The notes below the pieces were generated by a model. It ran no database searches. It had not been told where the DNA came from and saw nothing but the letters and a program-made list of their open reading frames with translations. A stretch of 64,000 nucleotides of DNA from Alloascoidea hylecoeti (Eukaryota), in NCBI GenBank assembly GCA_001600815.1, contig BCKZ01000011.1, positions 641,224 to 705,223 on the forward strand, written 5' to 3'. This document shows, one piece after another, positions 54,754 to 64,000 of the stretch (its first letter is position 1; each line of letters begins with the position of its first letter). The translations under genes and the position numbers were made by a program.

Positions 54754-55893
54754 ATGGTTATGTCAACATGTATTAAAAGTTTTGAATACCGAGGGAAGGT
54801 CGCTCTAGCTCCAATGGTATGTAAATTATAAAACGATAGATAATTGTTAGCTTTTTAACATTTCAAACATAGGTTAGAGTAAATATACTCCCCATGAGAC
54901 TGCTTTGCTTGAAATATGGTGCTGATTTGGTATGGGGTGAGTTATAATGCAATGCAATTGCAATCTATTAAAAGTTATAGTTTTAACAAAAAAGGTCCTG
55001 AAATCGTGGATAGGGCGTTAATGATGTTGAAAAGAGAGCCAGATGAAAAATTAAACACTATAAACTTTATGCTTCACAGTGACTCAAAACCTCCCAAAAT
55101 ATTATTCCAAACTCTCCCGGAAATGGAAAAGGATAAATTAGTATTTCAATTAGGTTCTTCAGATCCTGAATATGCTGTGAAGGCTTCGAAAGTTATCGTT
55201 GATGATGTTAAAGCTATTGATCTAAACTGTGGTTGTCCTAAACCTTTTGCAACACATTCAGGTGGTGGTGCTAAACTACTCACAAATCCAGATAGACTAA
55301 TATCAATTTTAGATGCTTTAGTAGAGGAAATAGGAAAACCACATGATATTAGTATAAGTGCTAAAATTAGAGTTCTCAGCAGTAAAGATGATACTTTAAA
55401 TCTTGTGAACAGAATTGTTCGCACTGGAGTAAAAAATTTAACTGTTCATTGTCGAACTCCATCAATGAGAACAAGGGAACCCCCAATTCGGGACTTTTTA
55501 GGTGATATTGCTGATATTTGCCATGAGCAAAATGTTTGCTGCCTTATAAATGGAGGAGTGAAACATAGAGATGAATTACAGAGCTTAATAGATCAATATA
55601 AAATAGATGGTGCAATGATTTCTACTGCAGCACAAAAATCTCCATCTTGCTTTCATAAAACCAGTATTAATCTTGATAAGGAAGAAGACCTCAAAGATAC
55701 AACGATTGATCTAGACTGGCGGGATATAGTGAAAACTTATGTTGATTACTGTCACTTATACGATTCTCCGGTTGGTATTGTGAAGCTAAATATTGGAAGA
55801 CTTATACCAGAGACTAAGGTCAGACAGAAAGTTAACGAATTAAAACGTCTGGAAGAGATACAAAATTATATAAACTCTTTGGCAACACAATAG
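54754..55893 (+). CDS. SMM1: tRNA-dihydrouridine(20) synthase Smm1/Dus2; exons 54754-54816, 54873-54936, 54995-55893 (341 aa)
   Basis: Spliced YRGKVALAPM|VRVNILPMRLLCLKYGADLVWG|PEIVD; IDLNCGCPKPFATHSGGGA, LTVHCRT. Introns GTATGT..TAG and GTGAGT..AAG. Confidence 0.9.
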
Positions 55894-56311
55894 TGTTTGT
55901 AATTATGTAATTGAATAATTCATACATATGTATTATATTGACTACTTATTGTTAACGTGTTCTAAAGTGTAATCCTCATTTAAATAGCTTGTGTTCTCCT
56001 GTATAGAGAAAAACTTCTTTCGATCTAATATACAATACAAATATATTATCTACTTTAGGACAGTCAACTATCACAGTTTATTTTTTTATATTCAAAATAC
56101 TAGGCCCTAATACTGAGGATAGAAGTAAGCAGATCAACCCTAATCACTATAATTCCAAACAACCAAAGGACCTGCATAACATTGTAGGTCTTCGTGGTAT
56201 GGTATTAATTAGCTACAGTGTAATTTTTAAGATCCGAAAAGCTTGAAGATTTATTAGAAAATATGAAAGAACTATATGAGGAGCTTATAACATGTTATAA
56301 CTATTTATTGC

Positions 56312-57526
56312 CTAATCGAGCGATAACCCAAGAGCCTCCCTTCTTCCAGTCGAGTTAGGATCAAGGAAAGGAACTTCTCCCAAAGTTGTAACCCTATTCC
56401 CATGCCTAGGCTCTGCATTTTCATAATCCGATATGGCCGCATGTTGGGAAATTCTATTATCCCATATTGCGGAGGTTCCAAGTCCAGGCTTGGTTGGTTG
56501 CCATCTAAATCTTACCTGGATTTCACTTGTTTTTTCGAAGACATCAAATAAATAATTCAAAATTATTCGAGACTCTTCCGGTTCCAATCCAACAATCCTG
56601 GTTGTATATTTAGTATTAACAAATAGGGATTTCCAACCTGTTACTGGATGTGTACGAACAAGATAATGTTCTCTCTCTATATATTTTGGCCCAGAAAGTG
56701 GATCATCCCTGTCAACGTAACCATGAAAGGATCTATAAACTGCTTTTTTACCCTCTAAAAACTTTTGAAATGCTGGTGATAATTTATCATAAGCTCCATA
56801 TCCAGATGCCCAAATAGTATCTCCTCCAACGGAAGGAATAGTATCATTATGTAAATGTGTAATTGCTGGTGCATTTACCTCCTGGGTTAGATCTGTATGC
56901 CATGGACTGGCGCTAAGCGGTCGTTTGAAAGTAGATTTTTGTCCATTTCTAGCAAAATAGTCAGGCCAAATAATTCCAACTCCTGGTAGATTAGGAACAT
57001 ATGCGCCAGATGGATGTACCTCAATAGGACCATAATATTTCCCAATTTCTAACTGTTTTTGTGGTGATAAATCTTGATTTCGAAAAAAAACAACGGTACG
57101 TTCTGCAATCAATAAAGCAAGCTCATCCAATTGTTTATTTGAAAGTTCTGATAATTGTAATCCAATAATTTCAGTTCCAATATGTTTGGTTAAATCATTA
57201 ACCTCTTTTGCTGCTCCAAATAATGCTTTCTTTTCTGGATCTGCAAAAGTTCCTCTGTCAACAATTTCAAAAGGTTCCGATCGAATTTTTAGGGCTTCGT
57301 CTAAATAAATCGGAATGTCACTTGCTTGTTTTCCGATTGGATAGCCTTTACTTAAATCAACATTATGTCTTTCAAATCTAGCTCTTGTTGGAGCTGGAAG
57401 CTTTTCAATCCATGATGAATTAGATCCTGCTATTTTTTTAACTTTATCTGCTGGATCAATGGTAATAGTACCATGACCACTTGAAATCGAAAGAGATTGA
57501 AGAGCTTCTGCTAGAGCTGGTGACAT
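56312..57526 (-). CDS. JLP1: Fe(II)/2-oxoglutarate sulfonate dioxygenase (TauD/Jlp1 family)
   Basis: WHTD, GGDTIWASGYGAYDKLS, HPVTGWKSLFVN, AIWDNRISQH. Confidence 0.85.
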   Translation of the reverse strand: MSPALAEALQSLSISSGHGTITIDPADKVKKIAGSNSSWIEKLPAPTRARFERHNVDLSKGYPIGKQASDIPIYLDEALKIRSEPFEIVDRGTFADPEKKALFGAAKEVNDLTKHIGTEIIGLQLSELSNKQLDELALLIAERTVVFFRNQDLSPQKQLEIGKYYGPIEVHPSGAYVPNLPGVGIIWPDYFARNGQKSTFKRPLSASPWHTDLTQEVNAPAITHLHNDTIPSVGGDTIWASGYGAYDKLSPAFQKFLEGKKAVYRSFHGYVDRDDPLSGPKYIEREHYLVRTHPVTGWKSLFVNTKYTTRIVGLEPEESRIILNYLFDVFEKTSEIQVRFRWQPTKPGLGTSAIWDNRISQHAAISDYENAEPRHGNRVTTLGEVPFLDPNSTGRREALGLSLD

Positions 57527-57852
57527 TTCTAAAAGCTTGAAATTGAATGGATCTATTTAAAATGTAAATCTGGGATGAATATAGTAAAGATACATTTAAA
57601 ATGGGGGAATTTTTATGTTTTATATCATATAATTACACATTCTATTAAGATCAACAATTATATGGAACAGTGAATGACGTGCTAGGGGTCAAAACTAACG
57701 CAACAAAATATTTATAGTAGAAACATTGATCTTATCGAATAGAAAACCATCAAATTAGTAATCATGAATATCAACAAATTATTAAAGGGTGTAAAAAGAT
57801 TGATTTGAAATGAATATATGTAAATTAATATAATTAAGCTTATTCATAATCT

Positions 57853-58827
57853 TGCGGCTCCCATCGAGTTTTGGGAGTTAGTCAAGTCAAAGTTATAATT
57901 AAATATGATATTTCACATGTTTATTAATAACTTGTTTAATGTATACAATATATAAATTAAATATATAGCTATGTATGTACTCTTAACTCTATACTTAATA
58001 ATTACTACATAATATAGCTATAGCGATTGGTAAAATATATATAGTGGTTAAGATTGCCATTGAATTGCAATTAGTTTGATATCTAGGTCAGTTGAATTCT
58101 CTGCGGCACCAGTAATATGTGTATAACTAATTATTGGTTTCAATTCTAAAAAATTCTAAATTATCTATAGTGTACCTGGTACATGTTGTAATTTACCATA
58201 CATTCAAACTTTTGAATTCGAATATTATTATGGTTGTTATTTATTTTTTTCCTATACTATATACGCAAGTATCAATAGCTTTTTCCTATTCATAACCAAT
58301 TTATGTATATAAGTAATACTCCGACTCAATTGTTACATCTAATTTCTAATTTCAATAGAAGCTTAATTAACCCAGCTGCAGTTGTAGAAACCTTTTTATC
58401 TTGCATATACATATGCATATGCCTATCACATTATTGTTGTCATAACTTACGCTTCATAATCATATGTCGTAAAATTAATTGAAAACATTGAAGTCAGGAT
58501 AAGAGAGTTATTGTTCTATGGATTTAAAGAGATAATGTATCATATAATTAATAATAGTTATTTTTACGAAGAGAAACAAGTAAAGGAGCTGGAAATTTAA
58601 GATCTCTAGATACAGTCATAAAGTTTAGACCTATAACGCCGTACACCTTCTTTTTGGACCTCCAATAATATGACAGGATTATAACTAGCCATGGAGTACT
58701 CTGCAATCCCTTAAATTTTTCCTAAAGTTTTGTACATGATGATCTGTAAATGCTGGTATTATATTAATGTATATAAAATAATAATTCAATATTTGGTGTT
58801 GGCACTGTTAGCAACATAAACTGCGGC
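57853..58827 (+). promoter_or_regulatory. Met31/Met32-like TGCGGC sites upstream of JLP1
   Basis: TGCGGC at 57853, CTGCGGC at 58101 and AAACTGCGGC at 58818 (cf. AAACTGTGGC), all in one orientation in very AT-rich DNA. Confidence 0.4.
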
Positions 58828-58959
58828 CGTACGAAAAATGGAGCCGATCAGCTTATCAATAATACCCTGATCCCCGAGCTTCCAGTATTTTGAAAAAGAC
58901 ATACGAATTAGGTATTTTTTCACTTTGACAACATACTAAAGGTTTATAAGCGCAAGTCA

Positions 58960-59830
58960 TGTCATGTGATGAACTTTTATGAAGAGATTCTAAATGTGCT
59001 CAATTGGGCTCTGGTCCGCTCAAAAAGGCGGCCATCATTTCCATGAAGCCAGGTCATCGTGATTTCTGTTTTAGGGATAGTTATGCTATCCTTATTCAAT
59101 ATGCGATCCTGAGGAATCTCATCAAAGGCCTCTAACAAAAGTTTTATGTAGGAACGTACGGCGGCTTTTCTTTTTCTGTTATTGGCACTCTATACCGCGA
59201 AGCACGGCATGGTTTCCAAATTCTAGCATATACCATAAGACCCACAGAATTAGACATCCCTAGCTATAAATAGTTTCTGATTCAAAGGATTGGTGTAACT
59301 GTTGTGGAGCATATAGTTTTCCAGATGCGGATCCTGTTCGACCGAACAACAATCACTAAATACAACACCATCCCAAATGTCATTATACCACTTCATCCTA
59401 TATTTAGACAATATCAATAGAATTTTTAGATTCTTCTCATTTTCATGATACCACTTACGTGCTGAAACTACTCCTTATTCATGCTTTTACAGAAGGGTTC
59501 TTAGTTTTTGATATTCCAATGTTGAGCTTTGAAGCCAGCTCCTCAAATATATTTAAGGGGAAACCTTTTACGGAACTCAAAATGTGATTCTCTGTCCTAT
59601 CATTAAGTTTTTTTAGGCTTATTAATTCTAGAAGATGTGACTCCGGAAGAGTTATTGGCATATTTATTCTCGGTGAACCAAACAGCCGAACGTGGAATAT
59701 TAAGCTTTCTGATTAATTCGAGAATTGAGAATCCATTTTTACTCGTATTGAATTTGAATTATATCATCTGATTTTAGAATTTGAATTACCTGTAACCTCG
59801 TTTAACGGAATTCTGAGAGGTACTATATGG
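58960..59830 (-). mobile_element. Degenerate Tc1/mariner DNA transposon, copy B
   Basis: Shares CCCAAATGTCAT, CCTATATTTAGACAATA, TTTTACAGAAGGGTT and ATGTGCTCAATTGG with copy A. Encodes broken EELASKLNIGISKT (HTH) and DIWDGVVFSD (first Asp). Confidence 0.8.
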
Positions 59831-59841
59831 TGTTGAATATA

Positions 59842-59901
59842 ATACCACCCTTAGAGCAGTTCACAGTGTTGGAGATTATACCGCTCTTAGAACAGTTCTC
59901 A
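59842..59901 (+). repeat. Two imperfect 24-bp direct repeats (period 36) just beyond the recognisable end of Tc1 copy B
   Basis: ATACCACCCTTAGAGCAGTTCACA and ATACCGCTCTTAGAACAGTTCTCA (20/24 identical). Confidence 0.6.
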
Positions 59902-61108
59902 AGGGGTCAATTGGCTTTTTGGCGTAACTGAGAAACAGGCACTTAGAACTTTATTATTTTCTAATCAACCCCATTAAAATATAAGTCTTCCTTTTAACTC
60001 AAGAAACAAAAGATACTATAGCTACATAACTCCTTCAATATTGACTAGCAAGTTATTATGTAAAATTAATTATAAGTATAAAAATTACAAAATGAAGATG
60101 ACGAAGATATTAATGGAGATATAACTCTAGATCAAATTAAAAGTTCAGCTACAGTATAACTACGTCTTGCAATATCTACGACATAGCTATTGACGTTGAT
60201 ACTAATACAAAATTGTGTTTGCGCTTGCATCCTTTATTTTTGAATATGTTATCACTAGATTTCATTCCCTTGAAAGATATTTTAACCATGAAGACATATC
60301 CATGGGTGATCATGATAAACCAGTCTTAAACTTAAATATATAGAAACATAAGTGATAGTTGTGTTGAAAATGAGCTTGAGTAGGTAGAATTCTACTGTAA
60401 TTATAAGCTTAAAAGTATGGAATGAGACACGAAGTTGTGATCTTCTTAATTAACATGGTCTTTTTGCAGTTGGATATTTGTCTTTTGAAAATTTTGATCT
60501 TAATGCATAAGGCTCTTTTGCTTTGTACGATGATTTGTATCCACTTTTATTTTTATTCCTAAGAATGTAGGGAAGAATCGGAGGGCAATAGTACTTCTTG
60601 TTTAATTTTCAATTACCTGTACATGTAACAGTAATTTTGAAAATAGTATACAGATATATTTATTGAGGGAATAAGAAGAATGAAAAAATAATGGATATAG
60701 AGACCAACTGCCGATTCCATTCAACCTTAACTTATGACCCAGCGATAGCCGCATCGTAACCCGTTCACGTGCACCGCATCCTGCGGGTGCCAGAAACCTC
60801 AAAATCTGATACTCATAACCCTTGTCCTTGTAACCAATTGAATTTAAAGGATATAATTGTATATAGATGTTTGACTATTCTCATGTAGTTTTCCTAGTCT
60901 TAAATGGTATAATTATTGACTTGTAGAAGGCACACCCAAAAGCGATATGCAAAGTAAATATACGAGACATATTTGTGATCAGAGTTACCCTGTCTCCGAT
61001 GTGACAATTTCCCCACAAGCATATGCACGACTATAAAAGTTATGGCTCCTCTCTTTATTCCATCTCCGAAGATTTACTCATTCTCACATCAGATATATCA
61101 TTGAAAAA

Positions 61109-62368
61109 ATGAGCACAGTTTTTCTCAGAAGATTTCACGTCACTGCTGCTAGAAGACTAATTGGTAATCCAGTTTATATAGTATCTAGTGCTAGAACCCC
61201 GGTGGGGAAAATATTCGGTGTGTTGAAATCTCAAACGGCCGCGGATCTCGGTGTCGTTGCCGTAAAGGCTGCAATCGAAAGAACCCAAGGATCTATTAAA
61301 CCTACAGATATAGAAGAGTTATATTTTGGTAATGTTTTACAAGCTGGAACTGGTCAGTCCCCTGCTAGACAGGTAGTTATTAAATCTGGTTTACCGGAAG
61401 AAGTTGAAGCTACTACTATTAATAAAGTATGTGCTTCTGGGTTAAAAAGTGTTGCTTTGGCTAGCCAATCGATTCAACTTGGTGATAGAGATATTATAAT
61501 TGCTGGTGGTATGGAATCAATGTCAAATACCCCATATGCTATAAAGAGAGCTCATGGTCCATCTTTTGGCCATCAACAAGTCCAAGATCTTATCATTCAT
61601 GATGGCTTAACTGACGTCTATAATCAGATTCATATGGGTAACTGCTGTGAGAATACTGTTAAGAGAGATGGAATTACAAGAGAAGATCAAGACAACTTTG
61701 CAATTGAATCATATAAACGTGCCATAGCAGCACAAGAATCAGGTGCATTTAAAAATGAAATAGCCCCTGTCATTATTAAATCAAGAAAAGGTGAGGTTAC
61801 TGTGACAGAAGATGAGGAACCAAAAACCGTTAATTTTGATAAATTAAAAACTTTGAGACCAGCTTTTGAAAAAAACGGTTCTGTTACTGCTGGTAATTCA
61901 TCAGCATTGAACGATGGTGCCTCTGCTTTGATACTAGCTTCTGGTGCAAAAGCAAAAGAATTAGGAGCTCCAATACAAGCCAAAATTTTAGCATACGCCG
62001 ATGCAGCAATTGCTCCAATTGATTTTACTATCGCTCCATCATTCGCTATACCAAAGCTTTTTGAAAAAGTATCAAAAACTTTACATTTAAATATAACCCC
62101 TGATCAGATTTCAAAATGGGAATTAAATGAAGCATTCTCGGGTGTTGCTTTGGCCAATCTAAAAAGACTTAAGCTTGACCCATCAAAAGTTAATATAAAT
62201 GGTGGTGCTGTCGCTTTAGGTCATCCATTAGGTAGTTCAGGTGCAAGAATTCTCGTTACCCTAATTAATGTCTTAAAAGAAGGTGAATACGGTGTTGCAA
62301 GTTTATGTAACGGCGGAGGTGCTGCTACCGCTATTTTAATTCAAAAGGTCAGTTCTGTCCAGGAATAA
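61109..62368 (+). CDS. Acetyl-CoA C-acetyltransferase (thiolase II, Erg10/ACAT1 family) with mitochondrial presequence
   Basis: INKVCASGLK, GGMESMSN, NEAF, GHPLGSSGARI, CNGGG; N-terminus MSTVFLRRFHVTAARRL. Confidence 0.9.
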   Translation: MSTVFLRRFHVTAARRLIGNPVYIVSSARTPVGKIFGVLKSQTAADLGVVAVKAAIERTQGSIKPTDIEELYFGNVLQAGTGQSPARQVVIKSGLPEEVEATTINKVCASGLKSVALASQSIQLGDRDIIIAGGMESMSNTPYAIKRAHGPSFGHQQVQDLIIHDGLTDVYNQIHMGNCCENTVKRDGITREDQDNFAIESYKRAIAAQESGAFKNEIAPVIIKSRKGEVTVTEDEEPKTVNFDKLKTLRPAFEKNGSVTAGNSSALNDGASALILASGAKAKELGAPIQAKILAYADAAIAPIDFTIAPSFAIPKLFEKVSKTLHLNITPDQISKWELNEAFSGVALANLKRLKLDPSKVNINGGAVALGHPLGSSGARILVTLINVLKEGEYGVASLCNGGGAATAILIQKVSSVQE

Positions 62369-63385
62369 ATTTAACCGATTATTTTAAAATTTATATAAAT
62401 AGCAAGGAAAAAGATACATATAGTCTATATATGCGCGGTTCAAAAATATGTTGATATTCTAAATTCAATTATACTTATTATATTTTCATATATTTAATTG
62501 AACTTTTCTCTATTCACTGGAAACGAAATTACCATAATCAATATTAAACGTATATTATCTTAAATTTTAAATCTCATTATATAATTATAATTATGCAATA
62601 GAACTATAGCTAAAATCACTACAGGAGATATTTATTAATGTTGTTGGTAACATGCTATATTAATATTATAACGTTACTTTGATTATCATAAGTACCGGTA
62701 TAGGCTATATATATATATATTTACGAGATATTGATCATCTCCATTTCCTTTCAGCTTCAAAGTAGGATCCGGATCCTTAACGTTTACTTCTCTTAACCTC
62801 GATATGTATTAGCTCCAGAACAATCCGTTATAAGATATACGAATACATTCTTTACTTTTTTAATCAATACATGTATATGTGTAATGTAGCTGATCGATCA
62901 TATATAAGAAAGTTACGGAAAAATACTTTAATATATGTATTCCATGCTATAATTAAAAGTTAAGAGATATATATCTAGCTGCAATCAACTTTTATTAGTG
63001 GAAGGTTGAAATCTGATGATTGTGATCATAATATATTTTGTTCCCTCATACCCATTTTCACCCAATCAAATGACGGAAGGTATTTTTGGAAACCCATATA
63101 ACTCTGATTTTAATTACAAGGCATAGGTTTATATTTATACAGTCCTAAATTCGTTGATATAAGTCTATATTTGTTTAGATATCTATATTATGAACAGAAT
63201 AATCAATAATTATGTAACGTGAATCATCAAACTATTAATTACAAGGGAATCAATCAAAATCAGTATCACAATTTCTAAGATATTTCAAATCAGCAATACC
63301 TATATAAAAGAGCTATAGATGTACTCGTTCTAGTACTAATTCTTCTTAAATCGTAGCAACTATTCCTAATAAATTATCGTTAGAA

Positions 63386-63991
63386 ATGTCCCCAAAAATT
63401 GCAATAATCATTTACACTTGTTATCACCACATTTCAAAAATGGCTGAGTCTGTCAAAACTGGTATTACTTCAGCTGGTGGAAATGCAACTATCTATCAAG
63501 TACCAGAGACTCTTCCAGAAAATGTCTTGACCGCTATTCATGCCCCACCTAAGCCAAATTATCCAATTATTACAGTCCAGGATTTAACAAAATTCGATGC
63601 TATAGTTTTTGGTTTCCCTACAAGATTTGGTGCATTTCCTGCCCAATTCAAAGCATTCTGGGATGGAACGGGTGGCCTTTGGGCTTCTGGAGCATTACAT
63701 GGTAAATATTTCGGTGTTTTCACTTCTACTGGTACACCTGGTGGTGGCCAAGAAGTAACAATTCTTAATTCTTTATCTTCGTTTGTTCATCATGGTATGG
63801 TATTTGTACCATTGGGTTATAAGTATTCTTCCCCATTACTTACATCCTTTGATGAACCACATGGATCATCTCCATGGGGTGCTGGTACACTTGCCGGTGC
63901 AGATGGTTCTAGAGAGCCCTCAAATATTGAGTTGGGAATTGCTGAAATTCAAGGTAAAAGCTTTTATGATATTGTTGCTAAAGTTTTTTGA
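63386..63991 (+). CDS. PST2: Flavodoxin-like NAD(P)H:quinone oxidoreductase (WrbA/Pst2 family)
   Basis: YQVPETL, FGFPTRFG, FWDGTGGLW, STGTPGGGQE, HGSSPWGAGT; TATATAAA at ~63301. Confidence 0.88.
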   Translation: MSPKIAIIIYTCYHHISKMAESVKTGITSAGGNATIYQVPETLPENVLTAIHAPPKPNYPIITVQDLTKFDAIVFGFPTRFGAFPAQFKAFWDGTGGLWASGALHGKYFGVFTSTGTPGGGQEVTILNSLSSFVHHGMVFVPLGYKYSSPLLTSFDEPHGSSPWGAGTLAGADGSREPSNIELGIAEIQGKSFYDIVAKVF

Positions 63992-64000
63992 ATGCCATAT

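Noticed and set aside
58040..58110. TAGTGGTTAAG resembling a tRNA D-loop/A-box
   Set aside because: No acceptor stem, anticodon arm or GTTCRA T-loop.
1395..61983. Many short antisense or alternate-frame ORFs inside real genes (e.g. 3986-4300, 23217-23645, 34188-34472, 43929-44333, 61687-61983)
   Set aside because: Shadow ORFs of conserved genes with no independent motifs.

Overview
AT-rich, gene-dense eukaryotic DNA from a budding yeast (Saccharomycotina-like). It is probably an early-diverging, moderately intron-rich lineage using the standard code: 7 CTG codons in BUR6 fall mostly at conserved Leu/hydrophobic positions. I can support 29 protein-coding genes: a truncated Zn2Cys6 TF, AFG2, LSC2, an Mga1/Sfl1-type HSF, TRS85, RAX2, BUR6, AGC1, NSA2, a metallothionein, SEC9, POP8, an F-box protein, CGR1, SNX3, HAP5, TFS1, PTA1, a BudC-type acetoin reductase, SPP382/TFIP11, ATG17, MST1, CDC73, MDM31, a Cyb2-like gene, a 521-aa orphan, SMM1, JLP1 and a mitochondrial-type thiolase, plus PST2 at the right edge (30 in all). 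Nine of these had to be rebuilt by hand across 15 short spliceosomal introns. Three genes are absent from the ORF track: the Zn-cluster TF, CGR1 and the metallothionein. Main points of interest: (1) a 54-aa, 16-Cys metallothionein whose promoter has a repeated motif (AGCACAAAYYTCTCA) I cannot match to a known metal-response element, next to decayed Tc1/mariner and gypsy-like relics; (2) an extreme GC spike over BUR6 and the 5' end of RAX2; (3) apparent organelle retargeting (PTS1-bearing flavocytochrome b2, presequence-bearing Tfs1 and bacterial-type acetoin reductase); (4) an orphan ORF with a Gag-like segment; (5) very tight gene packing. No tRNA, rRNA or CRISPR features were seen. All family assignments come from recognising motifs by eye, not from database searches.
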